64,000 bases of DNA from Bacteroidota bacterium. Its GTDB lineage: Bacteria; Bacteroidota; Bacteroidia; Flavobacteriales_F; PHOS-HE28. Location: positions 15,078-79,077 of the forward strand of contig JAKQEI010000104.1 of assembly GCA_029573495.1 (NCBI GenBank). The letters are read 5' to 3'. This document shows positions 19,383-28,516 of the stretch, one piece after another. Under the pieces are notes generated by a model. The model worked only from the letters and a program-made list of their open reading frames with translations. It searched no databases and was not told the DNA's origin. Position 1 is the stretch's first letter, and the number at the start of each line of letters is the position of its first letter. A program made the translations under genes and the position numbers.

Positions 19383-21764
19383 ATGATGAGGTCGACCGTC
19401 GCGCTGTGCGCCCTGGCCGGAGCGCTCTGCTCCCACGCTCAGGATGTGGTGTTGAAGGGGAAGGTGACCGATGAACAGAGCGGCGAACCGCTCATCGGGG
19501 TGAACGTGACCTATGCACCGGGGAAGGGCGGGGCCACCGATGTGAACGGGGATTATTCCTTCCCGGTCCCGACCGGTCCGCAGACCATCACGTACTCGTT
19601 CGTGGGTTATGTCACCGTCACACGGGCCCTGGACCTTCCGGTCGCCGCCTCCGTGACGAACGATGTGCGGATGAGCCCATCGGCCATGCAGCTGGACATG
19701 GTGGTGATCAGCGCAGGCAAGTTCGAGCAGCGCGTTGGGGAAGTGACGCAGTCGTTGAGCGTGATCAAGCCGGACCTCATCCGCAACAAGAACATCGTTT
19801 CGCTGAGCGATGCCCTGGATCAGGTGCCCGGTGTGGTGATCGTGGACGAGGAGCCGCAGATCCGCGCCGGCAGCGGGTTCAGCTATGGTGCTGGCAGCCG
19901 TGTGCAGGTGCTGGTGGATGGCGTGCCGATCCTGAGCGGCGACATCGGAAGGCCGAACTGGAGCTTCCTGCCGATCGAGAACCTGGAACAGGTGGAGGTG
20001 ATCAAGGGTGCGAGCAGTGTGCTCTATGGCAGTGCGGCCTTGAGCGGCGTGATCAACGTGCGGACGGCCTATCCGCGCGAGACACCGAGCACGAAGGCCA
20101 CGGTCTTCTCCGGCCTGTACGACGCCCCGGCCAATGCATCGGCCCGCTGGTGGGGAGACAATAACCCGGGCCTCTCCGGAGCCAGCTTCAGCCACGCCCG
20201 TCGCATCGGGAAATTCGACCTGGTGCTCGGGGGCAATGCCTTCTCGGACAACGGATACATCGGGCCGGAGCCCCTTCCGCCGGACACCATCGCCGCCGAT
20301 CCGCTGCGCACCGGACCGGGGGGGTACGACAACCGTGTGCGCTTCAACATCGGTACGCGCTGGCGGAACGGAAAGGTGAAGGGCTTGAGCTACGGCATCA
20401 ATGCCAATGCCATGAAGAGCCGCAGCACGAGCGTCTTCATCTGGAACGACATCACGGATGGACTTTACCGGCCCAAGCCCGGCACCGTGACCCGTACGCG
20501 TGGCACCCAGTACTACGTGGATCCCTTCATCGACTACTTGTCCCAACAGGGTACGCGCCACACGCTGCGCACGCGCATGCACCGGCAGGAGTTCGACAAC
20601 GACAACGGCCAGGGCAACAGCAATACCACCATGCACGCGGAGTACCAGGTGCAGCAGCGTTTCCGCTTCTTTGGAGAGACGGTGGCCACGGCCGGTGTGC
20701 TCTGGCGGAGGGTGCGCTCCACGGCCGAGCTCTACGCGGGCAATGCGGATGGCGATGGCGCGAACGAAGCGCTGAACACCGCCGCCTACCTCCAGATGGA
20801 CAAGAAACTGTTCGAGAAGGTGGCCTTGAGCGCTGGAGTGCGTTACGAGCGATTCGAGGTGGACGGTCTGGAGGCGGAACAACCGGTGTTCCGCGCCGGT
20901 GCCACCTACCAGGTCCTGCGCGCCACCTACCTGCGGGCGAGCTACGGACAGGGCTTCCGCTTCCCCACCATCGGCGAACGCTTCATTTCCACAAGCTTGG
21001 GTGCCCTGTTCATCCATCCGAACCCGGACCTCAAGCCGGAGAAGAGCTGGAACCTGGAAGGCGGGGTGAAGCAGGGCTTCAAGGTGGGCGGGTTCATGGG
21101 CTACGTGGATGCGGTTGTCTTCCAGCAGGACTTCGAGCAGTTCGTGGAGTTCACGTTCGGGCACTGGGCCCCCGGTTCCACCTTCAGCTCGTATGGGTTC
21201 AAGAGCGTGAACACCGGCGGGGCGCGTGTGACGGGCTACGAGTTCGAGATGGCTGGCAAGGGAAGCATCGGCGCGGTGGAGCTCACCACCTTGATGGGCT
21301 ATACGCAGACCCTTCCCATCAGTACCACCCCCTCCGAACAGTACGCGGCCTCTCCGAACCCCGGCAGTGCCTTCCCCCCGAGCACCTACCTCAACTCGAG
21401 CTTCGACACCACGGACCATATCCTGAAGTTCAGGATCCAGCAATTGTTCCGGTTCGACATGCAGGCGCAGTACAAGCGGGTCTTCCTGGGCGGAAGTATG
21501 CGCTACAACAGCCATATCCGGAATATCGACAAGGCCTTCATCGACCTCGATGACAACGGTCTGCTGGAGACGGGGGTGCGCGAGTGGATGGAGGCGCACC
21601 GCTCCGGCGACCTGATCGTGGACGCCCGCGTGGGAGTGGACCTCACGAATGGTCTTCGTGCGGCGTTCATCGTGAACAACCTGACCAATCGCAGCTATTC
21701 CTTGCGGCCGCTCTCGGTAGAGGCGCCCCGGAGCATGCAGGTGCAGCTCAGTTTGAACCTGTGA
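19383..21764 (+). CDS. TonB-dependent receptor with N-terminal carboxypeptidase-regulatory-like domain
   Basis: Signal peptide; GKVTDEQSGEPLIGVNV; plug motifs VLVDGVP and VEVIKGASSVLYGSAALSGVINV; NPDLKPEKS; VNNLTN. Confidence 0.93.
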   Translation: MMRSTVALCALAGALCSHAQDVVLKGKVTDEQSGEPLIGVNVTYAPGKGGATDVNGDYSFPVPTGPQTITYSFVGYVTVTRALDLPVAASVTNDVRMSPSAMQLDMVVISAGKFEQRVGEVTQSLSVIKPDLIRNKNIVSLSDALDQVPGVVIVDEEPQIRAGSGFSYGAGSRVQVLVDGVPILSGDIGRPNWSFLPIENLEQVEVIKGASSVLYGSAALSGVINVRTAYPRETPSTKATVFSGLYDAPANASARWWGDNNPGLSGASFSHARRIGKFDLVLGGNAFSDNGYIGPEPLPPDTIAADPLRTGPGGYDNRVRFNIGTRWRNGKVKGLSYGINANAMKSRSTSVFIWNDITDGLYRPKPGTVTRTRGTQYYVDPFIDYLSQQGTRHTLRTRMHRQEFDNDNGQGNSNTTMHAEYQVQQRFRFFGETVATAGVLWRRVRSTAELYAGNADGDGANEALNTAAYLQMDKKLFEKVALSAGVRYERFEVDGLEAEQPVFRAGATYQVLRATYLRASYGQGFRFPTIGERFISTSLGALFIHPNPDLKPEKSWNLEGGVKQGFKVGGFMGYVDAVVFQQDFEQFVEFTFGHWAPGSTFSSYGFKSVNTGGARVTGYEFEMAGKGSIGAVELTTLMGYTQTLPISTTPSEQYAASPNPGSAFPPSTYLNSSFDTTDHILKFRIQQLFRFDMQAQYKRVFLGGSMRYNSHIRNIDKAFIDLDDNGLLETGVREWMEAHRSGDLIVDARVGVDLTNGLRAAFIVNNLTNRSYSLRPLSVEAPRSMQVQLSLNL

Positions 21765-21768
21765 TCCC

Positions 21769-22527
21769 ATGAGCGCACGTATCCTCGGGGTGATACCGGC
21801 TCGCTTCGCAAGCAGCCGTCTTCCCGGCAAACCGTTGGCCGAGATCGGCGGAAAGTCCATGATCCAGCGTGTGCTGGAGCAGGCATCCAAGGCCGGTGCC
21901 TTGAGCGAGGTCGTGGTTGCCACTGATGATCGACGCATCCTCGATCACGTGGTGGCGTCCGGAGGTCGCGCCGTGATGACCGGTACGGAGCATCCGAGCG
22001 GGACGGACCGATGTCACGAGGCGCTTGCCCTGGTCGGGGCGGATCGCTTCGATGCCGTCGTGAACATCCAGGGTGATGAGCCCTTCCTTGTTCCCGCGCA
22101 GATCGACGAGCTCTGTTCGACCCTGGCGTCAGCGTCCGGAGGTCTGGCGACCCTGGCCCATCTCGTGAACGATGACAGCGATCTCGACGATCCCGGCAAG
22201 GTGAAGATCACCACCGACCGCGACGGGAATGCCTTGTACTTCAGTCGAGCCTGCATCCCTGTACTTCGGAACCATGTAGGCGGGGAGCGCCATCAGGCGT
22301 TCCGATACTTGAAGCACATCGGCCTCTATGCGTACCGTACCGAGGTATTGGCCCGGATCGTCCAGTTGCCGCCGTCCCTCTTGGAGCTGGCCGAATCCCT
22401 TGAGCAATTGCGGTGGTTGGAGAACGGCTTCCGGGTCCGGGTCGGGTTGACGGAACACCCTTCGTTCTGTGTGGACACCCCCGCCGACCTGGAGGAGGCC
22501 AGGCGTCTCGTGGCTGGTCAGCGTTGA
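21769..22527 (+). CDS. kdsB: 3-deoxy-manno-octulosonate cytidylyltransferase
   Basis: IPARFASSRLPGKPL, SGTDR, NIQGDEP, LYFSR, ESLEQLRWLENG. Confidence 0.97.
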   Translation: MSARILGVIPARFASSRLPGKPLAEIGGKSMIQRVLEQASKAGALSEVVVATDDRRILDHVVASGGRAVMTGTEHPSGTDRCHEALALVGADRFDAVVNIQGDEPFLVPAQIDELCSTLASASGGLATLAHLVNDDSDLDDPGKVKITTDRDGNALYFSRACIPVLRNHVGGERHQAFRYLKHIGLYAYRTEVLARIVQLPPSLLELAESLEQLRWLENGFRVRVGLTEHPSFCVDTPADLEEARRLVAGQR

Positions 22528-22557
22528 TCCGGGCACCGCTATCTTGCACGCCGTATC

Positions 22558-23577
22558 ATGAGCCTCGCCAGGGAACTACATCTGTTACTCTTCGAGCACG
22601 ATTGTGTGATCGTGCCCGGATGGGGAGGCTTCCTAGCGCAATACCGACCGGCCAGGTTGGACAAGGTGCGTCAGTTGATCCATCCACCGAGCAAAGAGGT
22701 CGGATTCAACCGCCACCTGCTCCGGAACGATGGCCTGCTCTCGGATCACATCGCAGAGCGTAATGGCATTGGATTCGCAGCTGCCAACGCGCTGATCGAG
22801 AGGGAGGTGGCCGAATGGCGGGCACGGTTGGAAGCGAATGGTCGTTTGGAAGTGCCACGCATCGGCATCTTCTATCGCGACCAGCAACGGAACCTGCAGT
22901 TCGACCCGGATGACCGGGCGAACTTCCTGAAGGAAGCCTTCGGCCTTGCACCGGTGGTGGCCACCCCGGTGGTGCGGAGAACGGAAGAGCCTCGGGTGAT
23001 CCCCATGGCAACTGAGACCGCGATCACTGCGCCTGTCCATGCGTCCAAGCGCCCCTGGTCCGCCGCGGCGGCCGTGGCCTTGTTGCTGCTCGGTGGCGCG
23101 GCCGCAACCTACGTCGGGATGACCAGGTATGGTAACCTGGCGCTCGGGCCTCGATCGGATGCGACCTATGAACCAGGCACCACCCCTGTGCCATCGTTGA
23201 AGGCGAATTCCGCGTCCTTCTCATTGCCGGAGGACGTGTTCGGCGTGCATACCATGCCCCTGAGCGACAACGACAGCGTCTCCCTCACCGTGGACATGGG
23301 AAGCGCACCGGCCGATACCACCGCGGTGGCCATCGCACCGCGCACCGCCATGCGCCTGCGCTTCCACGTGATCGGTGGCTGCTTCGCACAACCCGAGAAC
23401 GCCGACCGATTGTTGAAGGAATTGCAGGACAAGGGATACAAGGCCAGCCGTCTCTCACGCTATGGCGAATTGCATCCGGTGGCCTTCGGGAGTTTCGCCG
23501 ATAAGCAGGAGGCCCTGGACCTGCTGGCGTCCATCCGGCGCGAAGGCACCGGGCAGGCCTGGTTACTGGTCCGTTAA
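22558..23577 (+). CDS. SPOR-domain membrane protein with N-terminal HU/CCDC81-like domains
   Basis: LLFEHDCVIVPGWGGF, FNRHLLRNDGLL, one TM helix, C-terminal FHVIGGCF...NA...AWLL. Confidence 0.85.
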   Translation: MSLARELHLLLFEHDCVIVPGWGGFLAQYRPARLDKVRQLIHPPSKEVGFNRHLLRNDGLLSDHIAERNGIGFAAANALIEREVAEWRARLEANGRLEVPRIGIFYRDQQRNLQFDPDDRANFLKEAFGLAPVVATPVVRRTEEPRVIPMATETAITAPVHASKRPWSAAAAVALLLLGGAAATYVGMTRYGNLALGPRSDATYEPGTTPVPSLKANSASFSLPEDVFGVHTMPLSDNDSVSLTVDMGSAPADTTAVAIAPRTAMRLRFHVIGGCFAQPENADRLLKELQDKGYKASRLSRYGELHPVAFGSFADKQEALDLLASIRREGTGQAWLLVR

Positions 23578-23632
23578 GGGACACCGGTGACCGGACCGCC
23601 TCCATGAGGTCGTAACTTCGTACCTCGAAACG

Positions 23633-24037
23633 ATGGAGACGATGCATGTCGTGGAGCTTGAGGCCTGTACCGTGGCCTTCCTGGATGGGGATATCGTACA
23701 CACGCATTTCAAGGACAAGCACCTGGTGCAGCCCGAAGAAGTGCAGGCCATGTTCGAGGTCATCGAGCAGGAACGGAAGGGAAGAAAGGCCCTGCTGATG
23801 GTCTCCGTGGGCGAAGGGACCACCATGACCGGTGAGGCGCGTGCACATGCCTCATCCGAAGCATCCTGCCGCTACATCGCTGCTGACGCCATCGTGGTGC
23901 GGGATTTCGGACACCAGCTCGCGGCCAACGTCTTCGTTCGGCACAACAAGCCGCATCGCCCCATCCAGATGTTCCCGGACCAGGAGAAGGCCCTTGCCTG
24001 GTTGAAGGAGCAACATCACCTCGTGGAAGAAGCCTGA
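23633..24037 (+). CDS. Hypothetical protein, STAS/SpoIIAA-like fold
   Basis: EAR...AIVV...AANVF...P.QMF...ALAWL pattern; TAACTTCG box upstream. Confidence 0.7.
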   Translation: METMHVVELEACTVAFLDGDIVHTHFKDKHLVQPEEVQAMFEVIEQERKGRKALLMVSVGEGTTMTGEARAHASSEASCRYIAADAIVVRDFGHQLAANVFVRHNKPHRPIQMFPDQEKALAWLKEQHHLVEEA

Positions 24038-24039
24038 TC

Positions 24040-24684
24040 ATGATCCTGCGTTCGTTCCTGCCGGTCCTCATGGCCGGTCTCGTCATTCCCGTGTTCGCAC
24101 AGACCGTTGCCGATACGCCTTCACGCACCATCAAAGCGGGGAAGGCCGAGGTCACCGCGCTGGCCATCGCGCCGAAGGGTGACCGCGTGCTGATAGGCAC
24201 CAACAGCGGTGCCGTGCTGTGTGCGATCGAGAGCGGCAAGAAGTTGCATGCCTTCGCCTACGGGGAGGATGGTGCCACTGCGGTGTACCATGTGGGCTTC
24301 AACGACAACGGTGAATTCGTGGTATTGATAGGTCCGAGCGGGAAGCGTACGGTATGGAGCGCTGCCGATGGCCATCAGGAGAAGGTGATCACCCCGCACC
24401 GCTGGATACCCGACCCCAGGCAGGTGAAGGCGATGGGCCTGGAGATGTCCAATTCAGCCTTCGACCGTTTCTATCAACAGCAGGAGGTGAAGGTGGGTGA
24501 AATGACCCTGCGTGCCGTGAAGGACGGCAAGGTGGACTTCATCGGACCCGATGGGAAGGTGCAGCGGACCATGAGCTTTCCCGAGAACAAGGACCAACAC
24601 CACCGCGCCCCCCTGCTCCTTTGGGAAGACCAGTTGCTCGTAGGCACCGATGATGGCCGCGTGCTCTTCTACGAAGTGCGCTGA
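24040..24684 (+). CDS. Secreted hypothetical protein with WD40-like beta-propeller blades
   Basis: Signal peptide; VTALAIAPKGDRVLIG and LLVGTDDGRVLFY blade-like motifs. Confidence 0.65.
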   Translation: MILRSFLPVLMAGLVIPVFAQTVADTPSRTIKAGKAEVTALAIAPKGDRVLIGTNSGAVLCAIESGKKLHAFAYGEDGATAVYHVGFNDNGEFVVLIGPSGKRTVWSAADGHQEKVITPHRWIPDPRQVKAMGLEMSNSAFDRFYQQQEVKVGEMTLRAVKDGKVDFIGPDGKVQRTMSFPENKDQHHRAPLLLWEDQLLVGTDDGRVLFYEVR

Positions 24685-25127
24685 GCCTTCAACGTCCGTA
24701 GCGCCGAACGAACATGGTGGGAGGCCCGCAAGGGGTCGTTCAATGCCGTGCGGATGATGCCTTGCTTGTCGATGACATAGGTCACCCGGCCGGGGAACAA
24801 TCCGAAGGTCTTCGGGATGTCATAGGCCTTGCGTACCATGCTGTCCTTGTCGGCCAGCAGGCGGTACGGCAGTTTCCAACGCTCTGCGAAGTGGAGGTGC
24901 GAATCCACCGGGTCACTGCTGATCCCTAGCACCACCGCATCCTCTTCAAGGAGCTCATCGTGCGCATCGCGGAAGGCGCACACCTCCAGGGTGCACACCA
25001 TCGTGTTGTCCTTCGGGTAGAAGAAGAGCACCACATGGCTCCTACCAAGCAGGTCGCTCAGTGAGACCATCTCTCCGTTCTGGTCAGGGAGTTCGAAGGC
25101 TGGGGCTATCGTGCCTGGTTCAAGCAT
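24669..25127 (-). CDS. bcp: Peroxiredoxin, BCP/PrxQ family
   Basis: FFYPKDNTMVCTLEVCAFRD, GISSD, RVTYVID. Confidence 0.92.
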   Translation of the reverse strand: MLEPGTIAPAFELPDQNGEMVSLSDLLGRSHVVLFFYPKDNTMVCTLEVCAFRDAHDELLEEDAVVLGISSDPVDSHLHFAERWKLPYRLLADKDSMVRKAYDIPKTFGLFPGRVTYVIDKQGIIRTALNDPLRASHHVRSALRTLKAQRTS

Positions 25128-25686
25128 CCTTTGGCGTACCCGGGGTGGAACTCCGCAGCCGGCTGCCCACGAGCATCACAACGGCGCCGACGATGAGCAG
25201 GCCGGCCGAACCCCATATCCAACCCATGTGATCACGGAAGATGAGCAGGACGATCAGTATGAAGAGCAGGAGCGTGGCCCCTTGGCCCCACAACCCGATG
25301 AGCCATGCGGACCACTTCACTTCGCCGCGTTGAAGCCGGCGTTGAAGCCGGTGGACGGAAAGGTGGTACGCGAACACCAGTGCCATGTAGCCCATCAGGA
25401 TGTGCATGAACGGCTCCTTCAGCAGAGCGGGTCGCAGGTAGAGGACCCATCCTCCCATGATCAGGAAGGCGATCAGGGCCGGCCAGTTCGTGTAATAGAG
25501 GGCACGACGTTCCAACACACAGAACTGGTCGAGGAGGATCTTCCGGTCGGGTTCCCATTTGGCCATGGCCGTTCGATGCGCCACGAACAAGCGGACGATG
25601 TGGAAGGTGCCGGCGAAGAAGACCACCAGGGCGAACAGATGTAGGGCCTTCAATAGGGCAGGGATCTCCGTGGTGGTCGGTTCCAT
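25120..25686 (-). CDS. HemJ/CopD-family membrane protein (divergent)
   Basis: KALHL...FAG...RLFVAH, ERRALYY..WPA; 5 TM helices. Confidence 0.75.
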   Translation of the reverse strand: MEPTTTEIPALLKALHLFALVVFFAGTFHIVRLFVAHRTAMAKWEPDRKILLDQFCVLERRALYYTNWPALIAFLIMGGWVLYLRPALLKEPFMHILMGYMALVFAYHLSVHRLQRRLQRGEVKWSAWLIGLWGQGATLLLFILIVLLIFRDHMGWIWGSAGLLIVGAVVMLVGSRLRSSTPGTPKDA

Positions 25687-25735
25687 GGTCTTCGACCAAA
25701 GGTAGCGGTGGTCGGCGCTCTACCTTCGCGCCGCG

Positions 25736-26263
25736 ATGATCCGAGCCCCACGACCCACGACTGAAAGCTACGCGGAGACCACCCACCTCGTGCTACCCAA
25801 TGACACCAATACCCTGGGCAATCTTTTCGGGGGGCAATTGCTCAAGTGGCTTGATATCAACTGCGCGATCAGTGCGCACCGTCATTGTAAACGGCTGGCG
25901 GTCACAGTGGCCGTCAACCACGTCGGATTCGATCGGCCGATCAAATTGGGCGACTTCGTCACGATCAAGAGCCATGTGAGCCGTGGATTCAGCACGAGCA
26001 TGGAGGTGTGGGCGGATGTATGGGTGGAGGACCAGCAGACCGGCGAGAAGATCATGGTGACCAGCGCCATCTACACCTTCGTCGCGATCGACCAAGCCGG
26101 CCGTTCCTGCACGGTTCCTGATGTCATCCCGCAGAACGACGAGGAGCAACGGCGCTACGATGGAGCCTTGAGACGGCGCCAGCTACGGCTGATCCTGAGC
26201 GGCAAGATGAAGGCCGAGGATGCGAATGAGCTGAAAGCGCTCTTCGCCGATAACAAGTCCTAA
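25736..26263 (+). CDS. Acyl-CoA thioesterase (hotdog fold)
   Basis: VLPNDTNTLGNLFGGQLLKWLD, TSMEV, YTFVAID. Confidence 0.93.
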   Translation: MIRAPRPTTESYAETTHLVLPNDTNTLGNLFGGQLLKWLDINCAISAHRHCKRLAVTVAVNHVGFDRPIKLGDFVTIKSHVSRGFSTSMEVWADVWVEDQQTGEKIMVTSAIYTFVAIDQAGRSCTVPDVIPQNDEEQRRYDGALRRRQLRLILSGKMKAEDANELKALFADNKS

Positions 26264-26622
26264 AGGCTCTCGTCCAGGCTGTTGCCGTCGAAGAGCTCGC
26301 CGGTCTCCGTGTCGTGTGCGCGAAGGTCCAGCGCACGCAGGATGGCGGCTACGCACACCGCGCTCTGATCGCCTCCGTGCACATGAGCCACGATGTAGCG
26401 CACCGTGTCCCGGTCCTCCATGTGCAACTGCAGGCTGAGGTCGTAGCCGGGCTGCCGGATGAAGAGCCAGTCCTGGTCCTGTTCCTCGGCGAACGGTACG
26501 GCTTCCTTGATCTTCCGGATGATGCCAGTCCGATCTCCGATCGGACGTGGTCGATGGGAGGCCGGGACATCGTTGATCGACGGGACGTCCGGCAGGTCCT
26601 GGATGAAGATGTCCCAGCTCAT
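26260..26622 (-). CDS. Hypothetical protein (120 aa)
   Basis: ATGA overlap with the upstream GT9 gene; host-like codons; MSWDIFIQDLP start. Confidence 0.7.
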   Translation of the reverse strand: MSWDIFIQDLPDVPSINDVPASHRPRPIGDRTGIIRKIKEAVPFAEEQDQDWLFIRQPGYDLSLQLHMEDRDTVRYIVAHVHGGDQSAVCVAAILRALDLRAHDTETGELFDGNSLDESL

Positions 26623-27593
26623 TCGGCGGCGAAGGTCGCGATGGCATTGAGATCCTGATCCTCCATGCACCGGAAATGGCCCTCAGGGCAACGTTCGTAA
26701 CCGATCTTGGAGCAGGGTCGGCATGGGAGTTCCACCTGTGCGACCCTTGCACGTTGAGGATGGGTCGGCATGTAAGGGCCCATGCCGAATTCCGGGATGG
26801 TGTTCCCCCAAATGCTCATCACGGGCCGCTTGAAGGCCGCTGCGATGTGCATGGCGCCGCTGTCGTGTGCGATCACGCGTGATGCCTGCCTGATCAGGGA
26901 GGCGCTGCCCAGGATGTCGTACCGTCCTGTGGCATCGAACACCCTGCCGCCAACGGTCGAGGCGATGCTCCGTGCAACCTCCTGATCCTCCTTGCCTCCG
27001 ATCAATATCACCGGCCCTGCGACCGATCGGGCGAGTTCGATGAGCTTATGGGGTGGAAGCCGTTTGGTGGCATGAGCAGCGCCGATGGCCAGCGCGGTGT
27101 AGCCCTGTCGATGCGCTTCGGGCAGGGCTCGCATATCGATCTCGCGTTCGGGTGGAACGAAGAGATCCAGCCCGGCCATGTCGTTGTGGACACCCAGGTC
27201 CTCCACCGCACGGAAGTAGCGGTCCACGATGTGCTCCTTCGGCAGACGGTCCAGTTTGAAGTTCACCATCAACCACTTCTCGATGTTCAGTTTCGGGAAG
27301 CTGCTCGAACGAACGCCCAGTGCCCTTTTGACCCGTGTGGTGCGCAGGTTATGGTGGAGGTCGACAACGGCATCGAAGCCTTCCTTCTTCAACGAACGGA
27401 TCAGCTCGCCGAGGTCGTCCTTCAGCTCATGCACCTTGTCCACGTGCGGGTTGAAGCGCACCAGATCGGCGAAAACGGCCTTGGTCGCCACGTGCACTTC
27501 CGCTCCTTGCAGTTGCTGCTTCACACACCGCAGTACCGGGCTCGTGAGCACGATGTCGCCGATGGACGAGAAACGGAGGACGAGGACCTTCAT
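26619..27593 (-). CDS. Glycosyltransferase family 9 (heptosyltransferase-like)
   Basis: RFSSIGDIVLT, DLHHNLR, HDSGAMHIAAA, CRPCSKIG. Confidence 0.92.
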   Translation of the reverse strand: MKVLVLRFSSIGDIVLTSPVLRCVKQQLQGAEVHVATKAVFADLVRFNPHVDKVHELKDDLGELIRSLKKEGFDAVVDLHHNLRTTRVKRALGVRSSSFPKLNIEKWLMVNFKLDRLPKEHIVDRYFRAVEDLGVHNDMAGLDLFVPPEREIDMRALPEAHRQGYTALAIGAAHATKRLPPHKLIELARSVAGPVILIGGKEDQEVARSIASTVGGRVFDATGRYDILGSASLIRQASRVIAHDSGAMHIAAAFKRPVMSIWGNTIPEFGMGPYMPTHPQRARVAQVELPCRPCSKIGYERCPEGHFRCMEDQDLNAIATFAAE

Positions 27594-27630
27594 GCGTGCA
27601 TGTGACCATGAGGGCATGTGGACATGGACC
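27591..27630. repeat. Five tandem 8-bp CATGnnnn units
   Basis: catgcgtg/catgtgac/catgaggg/catgtgga/catggacc. Confidence 0.8.
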
Positions 27631-27748
27631 CCCACTGCTGCTCATGGCCGCGCCCAAAAGTAGCCGAGGATGCGTGCGGCGATCGTCTTCATGGCCACTT
27701 GATCGAATACCCGCATGGGCACATGTTCCCTCCGGTATCTTCGCCGAT

Positions 27749-28516
27749 GTGTTCATCGATACCCACGCCCACCTCTACCACCAGCAGTTCGCGGGCGACC
27801 GTGAGGCCATGTTGGCACGCGCGGTCGATGTGGGGGTCACGAAGTTCTTCCTGCCGAACGTGGACCATGGAAGCATCGAAGGCATGGATGCCATGGCGGC
27901 CGCTCATCCCGCCACTTGCTTCGCCATGATGGGTCTTCACCCATGTTCCGTCGGGGAGGTGAACGATGAGGCGTTGGATGAGGTGGAGCGTCTTCTTCGG
28001 ACCGGACGTTATTGTGGGGTGGGGGAGGTCGGCATCGACCTCTACTGGGACAAGACCTGGATCACCCAGCAGCAGGAGGCCTTCCGTCAGCAGGTGCGCT
28101 GGGCGAAGGAATTGGACCTGCCGGTCGTGATCCACTGTCGGAACAGCTTCGCCGAGACGATCGCCGTGGTGGAGGAGGAGAACGGGGACGACCTTCGCGG
28201 CGTGTTCCACTGCTTCACGGGTTCTCCGGAAGAAGCGCGACGCATCATCGCATTGGACGGCTTCATGCTGGGCATCGGAGGGGTGATCACCTACCCGAGG
28301 GGAGGCCTGTACGAGACGATGCAGGTGGTCGGTGCGGAGCAATGCGTGTTGGAGACCGACGCACCCTATCTCGCTCCGGTACCGTTCCGCGGCAAGCGCA
28401 ACGAGAGCGCCTACATCCCGCACATTGCGGAGAAGCTCGCCCTGGCCACCGGGCGCACCGTGGCCGAGATCGCCTCGATCACCACCACCAACGCAGAACG
28501 CCTCTTCCGCCGATGA
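27749..28516 (+). CDS. tatD: TatD family hydrolase/DNase
   Basis: IDTHAHL, GLHP, GEVGID, IHCR, GVFHCFTG, LETDAPYLAP; GTG start after a TATCTTCG box. Confidence 0.95.
   Translation: MFIDTHAHLYHQQFAGDREAMLARAVDVGVTKFFLPNVDHGSIEGMDAMAAAHPATCFAMMGLHPCSVGEVNDEALDEVERLLRTGRYCGVGEVGIDLYWDKTWITQQQEAFRQQVRWAKELDLPVVIHCRNSFAETIAVVEEENGDDLRGVFHCFTGSPEEARRIIALDGFMLGIGGVITYPRGGLYETMQVVGAEQCVLETDAPYLAPVPFRGKRNESAYIPHIAEKLALATGRTVAEIASITTTNAERLFRR

Noticed and set aside
19383-21764. TonB receptor as SusC of a polysaccharide utilisation locus
   Set aside because: It is shorter than typical SusC proteins and has no SusD or glycosidase neighbours.
18714-21938. 1074-aa minus-strand ORF
   Set aside because: Antisense shadow of the TonB receptor gene caused by high-GC codon bias; no recognisable motifs.
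28012-28512. Long N-terminal extensions in the ORF track (ansA; also recJ, rpsB, hflX, MMPL)
   Set aside because: They overlap upstream genes or promoters. Family homology and promoter boxes point to later starts.
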